DNA of 64,000 bases, taken from positions 1,547-65,546 of the forward strand of contig JAFGFJ010000005.1 in the NCBI GenBank assembly GCA_016931155.1, in the 5' to 3' direction. The notes under the pieces were generated by a model. It did not search any database. It worked only from the letters and a program-made list of their open reading frames with translations, and was not told where the DNA came from. Source of the DNA: Candidatus Dojkabacteria bacterium. GTDB lineage: Bacteria > Patescibacteriota > Dojkabacteria > B142 > JAFGFJ01. This document shows, piece after piece, positions 27,795 through 36,875 of the stretch. Each line of letters begins with the position of its first letter. Position 1 is the first letter of the stretch. Position numbers and translations under genes: made by a program.

Positions 27795-29631
27795 TCTGGT
27801 AAGTCTCACCGAGGCGTACAATTTCAGAAATAAGTCATGTAGTGAAAAAGAAGAAAAGGTAAGAATACTCCTTCCTGTTGCCCTTACACTTCACGCATTG
27901 AGTTTTTGTCCCAGTAAAGTCTTTACAGAGCAGGAACATCGAAAAATTAATTCGCTTTTGAATTATATTATCAAAAAGGGTGACGGGAAGCTTTCTTATA
28001 ATTACTATACTGGCAACTCAAAATCGAGTAAAGAAGTCTTTTTCCCAGATGACCTTGATGACACGTCTTTTTGTCTTTCTGCGCTTTTACGATTTGACAA
28101 AGAAATAGATGAACGATTTTTTCTAAAAATAATTAATCTGGAGGTTAAACCAGGGGGACCATATAATACATGGTATGTTTCAAAGAGAGAAAAAGATAAT
28201 CGCTGGCAGGATATAGATCCAATAGTAAATGCTAATCTGCTATATATGATTTCCCTTTATGGTGTGAGGCTGAAATCCAGCGAGAAGTATCTCCTGGGTT
28301 GCTTAAAGAAAGGTATGTTTAATTCTCCTTATTATCCTTATTCAATTATTTTTATATTATTTCTATCAAGGTTTGCAAACAAAAGTAAGAATGACAAATT
28401 TACAGCTGTCCTGGTAAAAGAATTGCTGAAGTACAAATACACAAAACTTGAGCCAATGGAAAAGATTTTTTACTTGTTAGCTTCTGTCTATCTTGGTGTG
28501 TCAATTGAACAAGAAAATATTGATGAGGTTTTATTTTGGCAAAATTCTGATGGCTCTTTTCCGCCTCTACCATTTCGTTTTAATATGCAGCAAAGCACTA
28601 AAAGAAAAGCATTTACAGGAAGTTCAGTTATAACCTCTGCTCTTGTTTTAGAGCTTCTTCTTCTTACAATTGATCAAACAAAGAAGATAATTCCATCTTA
28701 CTCAATGTTTGACAAAAAAGCATCCAGGCTCATTGAAAAAAGCAGAAAGATTATTGCAAAAGAGTTGAGTGTAAATGGCATTAATAGAAAAGAACATGAT
28801 GCTCTTATCAGTCCGGGATCCTATAAAATACTGGATTTTTTTTTCAAGACTGCCTTGTGTCTTAGGGAATCACTAACAAGAAGTCAGCAGATTGAATTGA
28901 TGAAATTGTCGATTGCTGTATTTTTTTTGTGGAGCGGGTATACGGTTATTGACGAATTGATAGATAAACAATTGAGTATTGCGGCGATCCCTCGGGTAAA
29001 TACTTTAATAAGAATTGGATGGAGCTATCTATGTAGGATAGTTGACTTCAGAAAAATAAAAAAAGAAATAAACAAAGCATTTCTTGATTGTGATGACGTA
29101 TATTTATGGGAAATTGAAAGAATGAGATTTAATCCGGAAAAATTAGATTTTGATTTTAAAAAAATACTTACTTACAGATACATAGAAAAAAGAATGCAAC
29201 CATTCCTTATTTCAATAAGTTTTATTCCACAGATTTTAGAACTTTCAAAGAAAAAGGGAGTAGAAGTATACAGATTTTTTAAAGCCAAAATGATTATTGA
29301 TCAGTTTAATGATGATGCTCATGACTGGGAGGATGATTGGAAGGCTGGTAGAATGACTTATGTTCTATACAGATTGTTTAAGCAATCGGGAAGTGCTTCA
29401 AAAAATGGAAAAGATAAAAATATTTTTTATAAATCATTTTGGAGTAGCGTTATTGATGAGGTAATAAAAATTTGTGAGAAAGAATACAAAATAGCCAGAT
29501 CCGCAGTAAGAAGACTAAAACTAAATGAAAGGGAATTTTATTTCAATGAGCTTTTGGAAAAAGCCTATAAGCCTATCAGACAGGCGAGTAAAGAAAAAAA
29601 TAGGGCGGAAAAATTTATTCAGTCTCTATAA
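27739..29631 (+). CDS. Two-domain terpene-synthase-like protein: N-terminal class II cyclase-like domain (DxDDTS, QW-like repeat) plus C-terminal class I / isoprenoid-synthase-like domain
   Basis: FFPDDLDDTSF matches the squalene-hopene-cyclase-type DxDDT(A/S) motif. LFWQNSDGSFPP resembles a QW motif (Q..DG.W). The C-terminal half has DELID (DDxxD/DExxD-like) and, ~125 aa later, NDDAHDWEDD (NSE/DTE- or NxxxDxxED-like). The start is placed at the ATG at 27739, which has an AGGAAG RBS and overlaps the HK gene by 55 nt. The first in-frame Met is at 27664. Confidence 0.5.
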   Translation: MPEKLRKVKKIKSFLLRNSLVSLTEAYNFRNKSCSEKEEKVRILLPVALTLHALSFCPSKVFTEQEHRKINSLLNYIIKKGDGKLSYNYYTGNSKSSKEVFFPDDLDDTSFCLSALLRFDKEIDERFFLKIINLEVKPGGPYNTWYVSKREKDNRWQDIDPIVNANLLYMISLYGVRLKSSEKYLLGCLKKGMFNSPYYPYSIIFILFLSRFANKSKNDKFTAVLVKELLKYKYTKLEPMEKIFYLLASVYLGVSIEQENIDEVLFWQNSDGSFPPLPFRFNMQQSTKRKAFTGSSVITSALVLELLLLTIDQTKKIIPSYSMFDKKASRLIEKSRKIIAKELSVNGINRKEHDALISPGSYKILDFFFKTALCLRESLTRSQQIELMKLSIAVFFLWSGYTVIDELIDKQLSIAAIPRVNTLIRIGWSYLCRIVDFRKIKKEINKAFLDCDDVYLWEIERMRFNPEKLDFDFKKILTYRYIEKRMQPFLISISFIPQILELSKKKGVEVYRFFKAKMIIDQFNDDAHDWEDDWKAGRMTYVLYRLFKQSGSASKNGKDKNIFYKSFWSSVIDEVIKICEKEYKIARSAVRRLKLNEREFYFNELLEKAYKPIRQASKEKNRAEKFIQSL

Positions 29632-30329
29632 CCAATGTAAGCTAAGTTGAGCCTGAATCCCACACCGTGTACTGTTTCTACTACATGTTCGTCTTTGTAC
29701 TTACCTAGTTTTTTTCTTACCCTGCTAACAAGTGTGTCTATGCTCCCCTCCTCTACTTCCCTTACACCTCTAAATGTTTGGTTGATTAGATCATTTCTTG
29801 TGAGAATATCTCCTTGTGCTGCTACCAGTGACAATAGAAGTTCAAACTCTTTGTAAGATAGTTTAATTTCTTTATTATTTTTGCTCACAAATCTTTTTTT
29901 TGTGTCAATGTAGAGATCTCCAAGTATAATAACTGGATCCATCTTATGTATGGATAAAAGAGACTCTGCCTGAGCACCCAGAAGTTCGAAATCAATTGGT
30001 TTTCTATGGAATAGATTGGCACCTCTTTCATAGCTTTCCTTTTCTTTTGAAGAAGTGATGTCACTGGTAATAATTATTATAGGTGTTTTGAAACCGTTGC
30101 TTCTAATTTTGTTTACTATACTGAACCCACTTATACCAGGCAGGCCAATGTCGACAATAAATAAGGAATATCTATTTGTGAGTGCAAGCTTTAGTCCCTC
30201 ATCCCCTGAAAAGGAAATCCGGAGTTTGTGCCCCAGAGATTCAAGGTGTTTTTTTATAAAAAAAGAGAGATTTTTGTCGTCCTCTATCAGCAGGACAGGG
30301 TTGTGTAAATTGCCTGTTTTTTTTGTCAT
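29619..30329 (-). CDS. OmpR/PhoB-family response regulator (REC + winged helix)
   Basis: Receiver domain with the phospho-acceptor Asp in LFIVDIGLPGISG. C-terminal wH DLISRVRKKLGKYKDEHVVETVHGVGFRL. Its 3' end overlaps the terpene-synthase-like gene convergently by 13 nt. Confidence 0.85.
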   Translation of the reverse strand: MTKKTGNLHNPVLLIEDDKNLSFFIKKHLESLGHKLRISFSGDEGLKLALTNRYSLFIVDIGLPGISGFSIVNKIRSNGFKTPIIIITSDITSSKEKESYERGANLFHRKPIDFELLGAQAESLLSIHKMDPVIILGDLYIDTKKRFVSKNNKEIKLSYKEFELLLSLVAAQGDILTRNDLINQTFRGVREVEEGSIDTLVSRVRKKLGKYKDEHVVETVHGVGFRLNLAYIGYRD

Positions 30330-30390
30330 GGGTGTTTCTATTTACAGGAATTTATCAATATAGGATTGTCTAAATCTTTACAACTTTTAT

Positions 30391-30428
30391 TGAAAAATAA
30401 TGGAGACACTAACCCCCTAAGTGTCTCC
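30391..30428 (-). terminator. Rho-independent terminator for the M23 peptidase operon (minus strand)
   Basis: 8-bp stem ggagacac/gtgtctcc with an 11-nt loop. The minus-strand reading is followed by ATTATTTTTC. Confidence 0.5.
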
Positions 30429-30576
30429 ACTACAATTCTACTATTTGTGCCGGAAAAACTCAACAAAAAGTCTTGTCCAATGGCAGATGATACCAACAGC
30501 AAGAGCAATAATAACTCTTAAATTGCTTATACAGTCTCAGAATTATGGATTTATAAGTTTATTGAAACTATTAATA

Positions 30577-31887
30577 TCAGTTGCAGCTTCTTGGAGAAGA
30601 AGAAGGCTCCATTGTGCAGGAAAGGTGATAATAAAGCGTTCTTTTCCCGGTTGAACATCCATTTGTTTGACAGACTTTTGCGTAGATTGCACCACCATTA
30701 TTGCAAACAGGTGCCCAGGAAGGACAAGGCTCGAAACCAAAGTATACATAACCATCGTGTGCTGCTACAACCCATCCTCCTCCGCCAGTTGATATGTCAA
30801 TAGCATAATGAAATCCACCCCATCTTGGACCGTACCCGCTTGTTAGTGTTCCTTTTGGCTGTAGTGGGATTTTAAGTTCTCCATTTCCGCTACAGCTTGG
30901 ATAAGCACCAGCAGGTAAATAATTACATGGGTTAACATAACCTCCATCGTATACCATGAAATGCAGGTGAGCTCCATATGAATATCCAGTATTTCCCTCT
31001 ATGCCAAGAAGTGTTCCTTTGGCAACAGGCAATCCGTTTCCAACTTCACCCCGAGCCAAAATTGCAGCTACCAAGGCATCGTATTTTGCTACAAGTTTTC
31101 CTTCTTCATCAGAAAGGTTCTTTATACTATTTTGTGCACCGGTAATAGAATTATGGGATTTTGACAGTAGATTGTCATAAAATATTTTTTGCTGATTGTA
31201 AGTAGCCATATCAACCTCAAGGGAAATCCTTTCCTCATCCAGAACTGCCCGATCTTTCTCAAGTTGCACCTTGTCTTCTTCCTGAACCTTCTTTTCTTCT
31301 TCCAGGTTCTTTTTCATTATATTGAGATCTTTAAGGGTTTTGTTTATATCTTCCTGGATGGCTTTTCTGTATTGGGCACCTTTTATGAATCCATCAGTAG
31401 AGCTTGCGGTGAATACTATCGCAACATCTTTAGGTAAAACCTTTTGTTCAATATACATATCAGAAAGCCTGTTGTCAGTATCACTTTCGAGGTCTTTTAT
31501 ATATATTTCGGAGTCTATAATGGAAGAATCAGTCTCATCAATTTTATCAGTCAATATTTCAAGCTGAAGAACAAGTTCGTCAATCTTCAGTTTCTTCTCA
31601 CTGATTTGAAGATCCAGCAACCCAACCTCATTCTGAAGTCTGCTTATTTCTGTTGTATATTGTCCCTGAAGATATTTTTGATTGTTAATTTTTCCCTCAA
31701 GCTCTCTTTTCTGGTTCTTAATATCTGCCAGTCTATCTTGAACACTTTTGAGATCATCTTGAAGACCAGCCTTTACAGGAACAGACCCTGCTCCAAAATG
31801 TGAGAAGAATGAAGTATTTGTAAAAGACAAAACCAGTAATAAAACAGCTGTAATACCTATTCTTGCGGTTTTATTAAAAATTTCCAT
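30577..31887 (-). CDS. Coiled-coil M23 (LytM) peptidoglycan endopeptidase, EnvC/PcsB-like partner of FtsEX, with unusual motif order
   Basis: N-terminal signal plus a long coiled coil. GNTGYSYGAHLHF (HxH motif) comes before GYGPRWGGFHYAIDIS (HxxxD motif). The C-terminus is Cys-rich. Confidence 0.75.
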   Translation of the reverse strand: MEIFNKTARIGITAVLLLVLSFTNTSFFSHFGAGSVPVKAGLQDDLKSVQDRLADIKNQKRELEGKINNQKYLQGQYTTEISRLQNEVGLLDLQISEKKLKIDELVLQLEILTDKIDETDSSIIDSEIYIKDLESDTDNRLSDMYIEQKVLPKDVAIVFTASSTDGFIKGAQYRKAIQEDINKTLKDLNIMKKNLEEEKKVQEEDKVQLEKDRAVLDEERISLEVDMATYNQQKIFYDNLLSKSHNSITGAQNSIKNLSDEEGKLVAKYDALVAAILARGEVGNGLPVAKGTLLGIEGNTGYSYGAHLHFMVYDGGYVNPCNYLPAGAYPSCSGNGELKIPLQPKGTLTSGYGPRWGGFHYAIDISTGGGGWVVAAHDGYVYFGFEPCPSWAPVCNNGGAIYAKVCQTNGCSTGKRTLYYHLSCTMEPSSSPRSCN

Positions 31888-31903
31888 TTCAAAATCAGTG
31901 CAA

Positions 31904-32833
31904 TTATTTAATATAGTTTCTTATAGCAACGAAACTGTTAAAAGCTCCCAGTAGTATACCAGTTATAGTAGAAATTATAAAGAAGAGGAAGATTGAAATC
32001 GGATTTATGCTTATCCAGTCCAGATCTCCGAAAAAATTGGTTAAAAAGGTAATTGTGGGAGATCCAGCCTGAGCCACGAACATGAAAATTCCAAGCAATG
32101 CGAAGATTGCAGTTGATACAAATGCTCCAATTCCGCCATATATTCCGCCCTCCAGTATGAAGGGTAGTCGTATATACCAGAGGCTTCCTCCTACAAGCTG
32201 CATGATTCTTATTTCTTCTGACCGGCTGAACATTCTAAACTCTACAGTAAGCAGGGTAAAGAAGAATATGACTACAAACAAGAGTCCCATTATAATTGTG
32301 CCTGCAAGCCTTATCCAAAAAAATGCATCTTTTATATTGTTTATAATTTCCTGGCTGTACCCAATTTGGCTAATATCATCATTCTTACTTGCTTCAATTT
32401 TTGATTTATCTATAATTCCCTGGGCATCCTCTATTCTTTTGAGTCTAATGGCCAGGCTTGCAGGCAGTACATTTTCCCTGATTGCTTCTGCCGCAAGAGG
32501 ATTTGTTTTTTCATTGTGTTCTTTGAATTCCTGCAGGGCTTGTTCTTCGGATGTATACTCTATAAAATCGATATTCTCCTCTTTCTCCCATCTTGATTTC
32601 AAATCAAGAATTTCTTTTTTCTCTGTTCCAGGATTAAAAAAAATGTAAATATGAGGCTTATTCTCAATGAATTTTAAAAAAAGATTCGCTGTATATCCCA
32701 GGAATAAAAATATTTGTGCAACAATAAAAGCAAGTGTCATAACTGAGATGGATGCCCAGGCCAGCCAGCCACTTCTTTTTATTTGTTTTGTGCTTGTTTT
32801 TAATGCTCTAGAAAATGTTGCTTTTTGAGCCAC
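31904..32833 (-). CDS. ftsX: Cell-division ABC transporter permease FtsX
   Basis: Four TM helices with a large first extracellular loop. Immediately downstream of ftsE. Confidence 0.8.
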   Translation of the reverse strand: MAQKATFSRALKTSTKQIKRSGWLAWASISVMTLAFIVAQIFLFLGYTANLFLKFIENKPHIYIFFNPGTEKKEILDLKSRWEKEENIDFIEYTSEEQALQEFKEHNEKTNPLAAEAIRENVLPASLAIRLKRIEDAQGIIDKSKIEASKNDDISQIGYSQEIINNIKDAFFWIRLAGTIIMGLLFVVIFFFTLLTVEFRMFSRSEEIRIMQLVGGSLWYIRLPFILEGGIYGGIGAFVSTAIFALLGIFMFVAQAGSPTITFLTNFFGDLDWISINPISIFLFFIISTITGILLGAFNSFVAIRNYIK

Positions 32834-32849
32834 AGTTGTGATTTAAAAA

Positions 32850-33773
32850 TTAATTATTATTCTTTTTTTGTTTATTCTTAATCCCGATTTTTACCTTTTT
32901 TCTTTTTGGTTTCTCCCTGCGTGATTTTTGCTCACTCTGTCCCTCATTTTTCCCAATATTTGTTTCAGTCTTCTCCTTTTTTTCAGATTTCTCTTGAGAG
33001 GGGGGTGCTGACACTGGTTTTTCGTCTTTCCTCTGCTGGTCTTTTTCTTTTGTAAGTTGTGTGTTTACAAGAATTTTGGTTTCAAAATCCTCGACAGGAT
33101 CATATGTTCCTTTTATGTCGTCTCTGATCAGTCTTCCTCCTTCCATTCTGATAACTCTTTTCCCTAGAGTATTAACAATCTCTGAGCCATGAGTGGCCAT
33201 TATGATTGTAGTACCCCAGTTGTTGATCTTATTTAGAACCTGAACTATATCCCAAGTGCTTGTTGGGTCAAGATTTCCGGTTGGTTCGTCAGCAATAAGT
33301 ACTTTGGGATTATTTGCCAGGGCTCTGGCGATTGCAACCTTTTGTTTTTCTCCTCCGGAAAGCTCACGTGGAAAAGCATCCATTCTATCTTTAAGACCAA
33401 CTATTTCAAGTACATAAGGAACAGTCTCTTTTATATCATTATCTGATTTTCCTGCTGCCTCCAAAGCAAAGGAAACATTTTCGTAAGCATCTTTGTCTTC
33501 AAGTAGTTTGAAATCTTGAAAAATTACTCCTACCCTTCTGCGAAGCTCATAAACAAGATCTCTGCTTATATCTGCAAGATCCAAATCTTCAAAGAAAATT
33601 CTTCCCTCGTCGGGGATCTCTTCTCTAATAAGGAGCTTGATGGCTGTGGTCTTACCTGATCCTGAAGGCCCAACGAGGAAAACAAACTCTCCATCCTGGA
33701 CTTCAAACGAAACATTATCCAAGGCAGTAATTTCGTCGCTGTATTTTTTTGAAACTGAAAGAAATCTAATCAA
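32850..33773 (-). CDS. ftsE: Cell-division ABC ATPase FtsE with an ~85-aa K/E-rich C-terminal tail
   Basis: Walker A GPSGSGKTT. ABC signature LSGGEKQKVAIARAL. Walker B LIADEPTGNLD. Low-complexity tail KEKDQQRKDEKPVS...KRKKVKIGIKNKQKK. Confidence 0.9.
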   Translation of the reverse strand: MIRFLSVSKKYSDEITALDNVSFEVQDGEFVFLVGPSGSGKTTAIKLLIREEIPDEGRIFFEDLDLADISRDLVYELRRRVGVIFQDFKLLEDKDAYENVSFALEAAGKSDNDIKETVPYVLEIVGLKDRMDAFPRELSGGEKQKVAIARALANNPKVLIADEPTGNLDPTSTWDIVQVLNKINNWGTTIIMATHGSEIVNTLGKRVIRMEGGRLIRDDIKGTYDPVEDFETKILVNTQLTKEKDQQRKDEKPVSAPPSQEKSEKKEKTETNIGKNEGQSEQKSRREKPKRKKVKIGIKNKQKKNNN

Positions 33774-33939
33774 ATCTTTTTACTATTTTTACTATTGAGT
33801 ATTTTACTACATTTCCGGTGTTTAGTTTAGCTGAGGAGTCTGGAAAAATCAAAGGAAGATATAATTGGTTGTATTAGTAAGATTTTCTGCATATAATATT
33901 CTGGTCTGCCCTTCTTATTAATTTTTTATTCACCTTAAC

Positions 33940-34698
33940 ATGGCTAAAAAAAGAAAAAGGGGCAGTAAAAAGACAAAATTCAAAGGCAGTAATCCCGCCC
34001 ACCTTCAGAAAGAATCTCCGGAAGTTAATAAAAATGAAGAGGTTCATAAAGAGAAAAAGAAAAACATCTTTTCTTCAATTTACAATCTTTCCATAGGCAA
34101 GTTGCGTATTGTTGCATTCTTGCTTGTTATTATTGGCCTTATACTTATTTTTCTTGGTGGAGCAAGTCTTTACAATGCGGTCAAAACTCAAATTGATGAC
34201 AAAACAATGGAAGAGGAAAAGAGTGACGGGGAGATAAATAGTGGGATTCAAACAACAGAAAGTGAAAATATTGCGGAAAAAGCACAAGATGATGACAGGA
34301 ACGAAAATGTTGATAGTAATGAAAATGAAAACAAGGAAGAAAGAATGAAGGAAAACGGCAGTGAAAGTGACGAAAAAAATGAAGAATCTGATTCTGCTGA
34401 CAACAGAATACTGGAAACACAGGAGGTTAGTGAGGGAGCAAAAATGGCACGTCTTGCATCTGCAAGTAAGGCAGCTAGAACAGGAAAGTGGGTTGCTACC
34501 GACTATAAGCCAGGAGATATAAGTTCAGGAAATTACGAAGTTCAGAGTGGTGACACTTTATGGGAAATTTCGGAAGCAGTATATGGAAGCGGGTTTCAAT
34601 GGCATAAAATTCTTGATGTAAACTCGAGTTCTGTCGGGTTTCTTCCAAATGGCAGTCAGGCATTGATTGTACCTGGGCAGGTTCTGATTATACCGTAG
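33940..34698 (+). CDS. LysM-domain peptidoglycan-binding protein: basic N-terminus, one TM helix, acidic linker, C-terminal LysM
   Basis: LysM motif YEVQSGDTLWEISEAVYGSGFQWHKILDVN. TM segment IVAFLLVIIGLILIFLGG. Confidence 0.7.
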   Translation: MAKKRKRGSKKTKFKGSNPAHLQKESPEVNKNEEVHKEKKKNIFSSIYNLSIGKLRIVAFLLVIIGLILIFLGGASLYNAVKTQIDDKTMEEEKSDGEINSGIQTTESENIAEKAQDDDRNENVDSNENENKEERMKENGSESDEKNEESDSADNRILETQEVSEGAKMARLASASKAARTGKWVATDYKPGDISSGNYEVQSGDTLWEISEAVYGSGFQWHKILDVNSSSVGFLPNGSQALIVPGQVLIIP

Positions 34699-34721
34699 AG
34701 TGCATGATTTTGATTATCAAA

Positions 34722-35267
34722 TCAGTCTGAGGGTTTTCTAACATATGTTATATACTCGTAGTCAAAGTTGCTCTCTGAGTCTCTTTTGTGAGGCTCTTTC
34801 GAGATGACATCCCAGTTTTTGTCGCTGAATTCTGGAAAAAACACATCACCCTCAGGTTCATAGTCTACTATTGTCAGATATATTTTATCTGTAATATCAA
34901 TTATCTGCTTGTAAACTGATGCCCCCCCTAAAAAAAATATTTCACCACTTCCCGGAGATTTTTTAGCTTCGTTAATGGCATCATCAATAGAATTTGCAAC
35001 AATACCTCCAGGGACTATGTATTTTTTTTCAAAAGATAAAACAATATTTGTCCTGCCTGAAAGAATTCTATGTTGAATTTTGCCTTTAACCCACTTGCCA
35101 CCACTTCTAAATCTTGAGATAGATTCATGAGTGGCTTGTCCCATAATGATGGGGTGTCCCATGGTAATCTTTTTCGTTCTTATGAGATCTGCCGGGATAT
35201 GCCAGGGTATTTTGTTTTTGTTCCCGATTACCCTGTTTTTGGCCATTGCTGCGATTATGCTTATCAT
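34722..35267 (-). CDS. folA: Dihydrofolate reductase
   Basis: MISIIAAMAKNRVIGNKNKIPWHIPADL matches the DHFR N-terminal signature. Overlaps the thyA stop. Confidence 0.85.
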   Translation of the reverse strand: MISIIAAMAKNRVIGNKNKIPWHIPADLIRTKKITMGHPIIMGQATHESISRFRSGGKWVKGKIQHRILSGRTNIVLSFEKKYIVPGGIVANSIDDAINEAKKSPGSGEIFFLGGASVYKQIIDITDKIYLTIVDYEPEGDVFFPEFSDKNWDVISKEPHKRDSESNFDYEYITYVRKPSD

Positions 35268-36061
35268 AATAATACAAGAGGTGCCTTAATATGTGGGTGA
35301 GGCTCATAATTGATTAGCTCAAAGTCATTGATTCTGAAATCATCTATATTCTTGATTTTCTTGTTTATTTTCATCTCAGGTAATTCTTTCGGTTTTCTCT
35401 TTAACTGTTCGGTTGCTGCTTCAAGATGATTTTTGTATAAATGACCGTCACCAATTGTGACAATTAGTTCCCTGGCTTCCAATCCTGTAACTTGAGCTAC
35501 CATCATAGTGAGAAGTGCGTATTGTGAAATATTGAAAGGAAGACCAAGAAACGCATCAGAGCTTCTCTGATAAAGCTGGCACCTGAGTTTTTCTTTATTA
35601 ACATTGAATTGAAAAAAGGCATGACAAGGTGGAAGGCGCATTTCCTTTTTCTGTGCTGGATTCCAGGCAGATACAAGCATAGCTTTTGAATAAGGGACTG
35701 TCTTTATCTCTTCTATTACATTGGCAAGTTGATCTATGTGGCCTCCCTTAAGGTCAGGCCACTTTCTCCACTGGTGGCCATAAATCGGTCCCAGGTCTCC
35801 CCTGAAATCGGCGAAATCGTCCCAATAATGAATTCCATTTTCCTGTAGATACTTGATGTTGGTGGATCCAGATATAAACCAGAGAAGTTCATGTGTCATA
35901 GTTTTAATTGGCATTTTCTTTGTGGTAACTATGGGAAATCCATTTCTGAAATCAAATCGCATTTGATAACCAAAGATGCTCTTCAAGCCAAAACCGCTTC
36001 TATCGTCTTTACTTCTACCTTTTTGAAGGATATGTCTAAGAAAATCCAAATATTGTCGCAT
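35264..36061 (-). CDS. thyA: Thymidylate synthase
   Basis: MRQYLDFLRHIL..G.....RTG.G....FG.QMRFD... with the active-site region LPPCHAFFQF. Confidence 0.9.
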   Translation of the reverse strand: MRQYLDFLRHILQKGRSKDDRSGFGLKSIFGYQMRFDFRNGFPIVTTKKMPIKTMTHELLWFISGSTNIKYLQENGIHYWDDFADFRGDLGPIYGHQWRKWPDLKGGHIDQLANVIEEIKTVPYSKAMLVSAWNPAQKKEMRLPPCHAFFQFNVNKEKLRCQLYQRSSDAFLGLPFNISQYALLTMMVAQVTGLEARELIVTIGDGHLYKNHLEAATEQLKRKPKELPEMKINKKIKNIDDFRINDFELINYEPHPHIKAPLVLL

Positions 36062-36134
36062 GAGCCATTATAGTGGTTTTGATATTTTTGTAAAATGAAG
36101 TAATATTAAGATATGTTGTCTATATATTATTTAT

Positions 36135-36875
36135 ATGCCTGATTTAGATCAAGGATTCGAAATTACAAACATAAAACCATTTTTGGTTTCAGCTTTTGGT
36201 GAAAGGAAACAGTTTGCCACATTGAAGTTGCCGGATGGTTCAGTAATAGAGACAGTTATTAAAGATGTGACAAGACACTGCCCTGATGATGTTAAAAATG
36301 GCTGTCGTGGAGTGATTCCACCGAAATGGTATTTATCTGTCTGGGAAAAATATATTGAGGCAGGAGTTAATACTCATGAGTGGATGGGAGTTGCTGACGA
36401 GAATAATATAATTATGCCTAATCTTTATGCTGAAGGTTGGAGGATCTATGGTAGATGTTTCTATGGTTCAATTGATAGGATAATTGGCAAAAGCATTTAC
36501 AAGTCAGTAGAAAAGCACAACTATGCTGTTCCTTTGAGTGAGCAGGATCTACTGGCAACTGCTCTTGGGAATGAAGAGATAGAAGCTGCGGTTAAGGTTC
36601 ATGTTTCCAAAGCTTCGGATGCAGGGATAGTTTTACCTTTTGATGATCCCTATGAGCTGCTGGTACATAATGATGGAAGGTGGTGTATTAGGACTTTAGA
36701 TCTATCCTTCACCGAAATTGGAACGCCAGAAAATGCAATTGTAATAAATACTCGTAGAATTGAAAAAGCTAATACAACAATATTTTCTTCTATTGAAATA
36801 CTTGCCGATTGGTATAATGATTATCCAGAAATATTTGCACAAAGAAGCCCTATAGCCTTATCTCGGCCTCAATAA
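36135..36875 (+). CDS. Hypothetical protein, 246 aa
   Basis: ORF only. No motif recognised. Confidence 0.45.
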   Translation: MPDLDQGFEITNIKPFLVSAFGERKQFATLKLPDGSVIETVIKDVTRHCPDDVKNGCRGVIPPKWYLSVWEKYIEAGVNTHEWMGVADENNIIMPNLYAEGWRIYGRCFYGSIDRIIGKSIYKSVEKHNYAVPLSEQDLLATALGNEEIEAAVKVHVSKASDAGIVLPFDDPYELLVHNDGRWCIRTLDLSFTEIGTPENAIVINTRRIEKANTTIFSSIEILADWYNDYPEIFAQRSPIALSRPQ

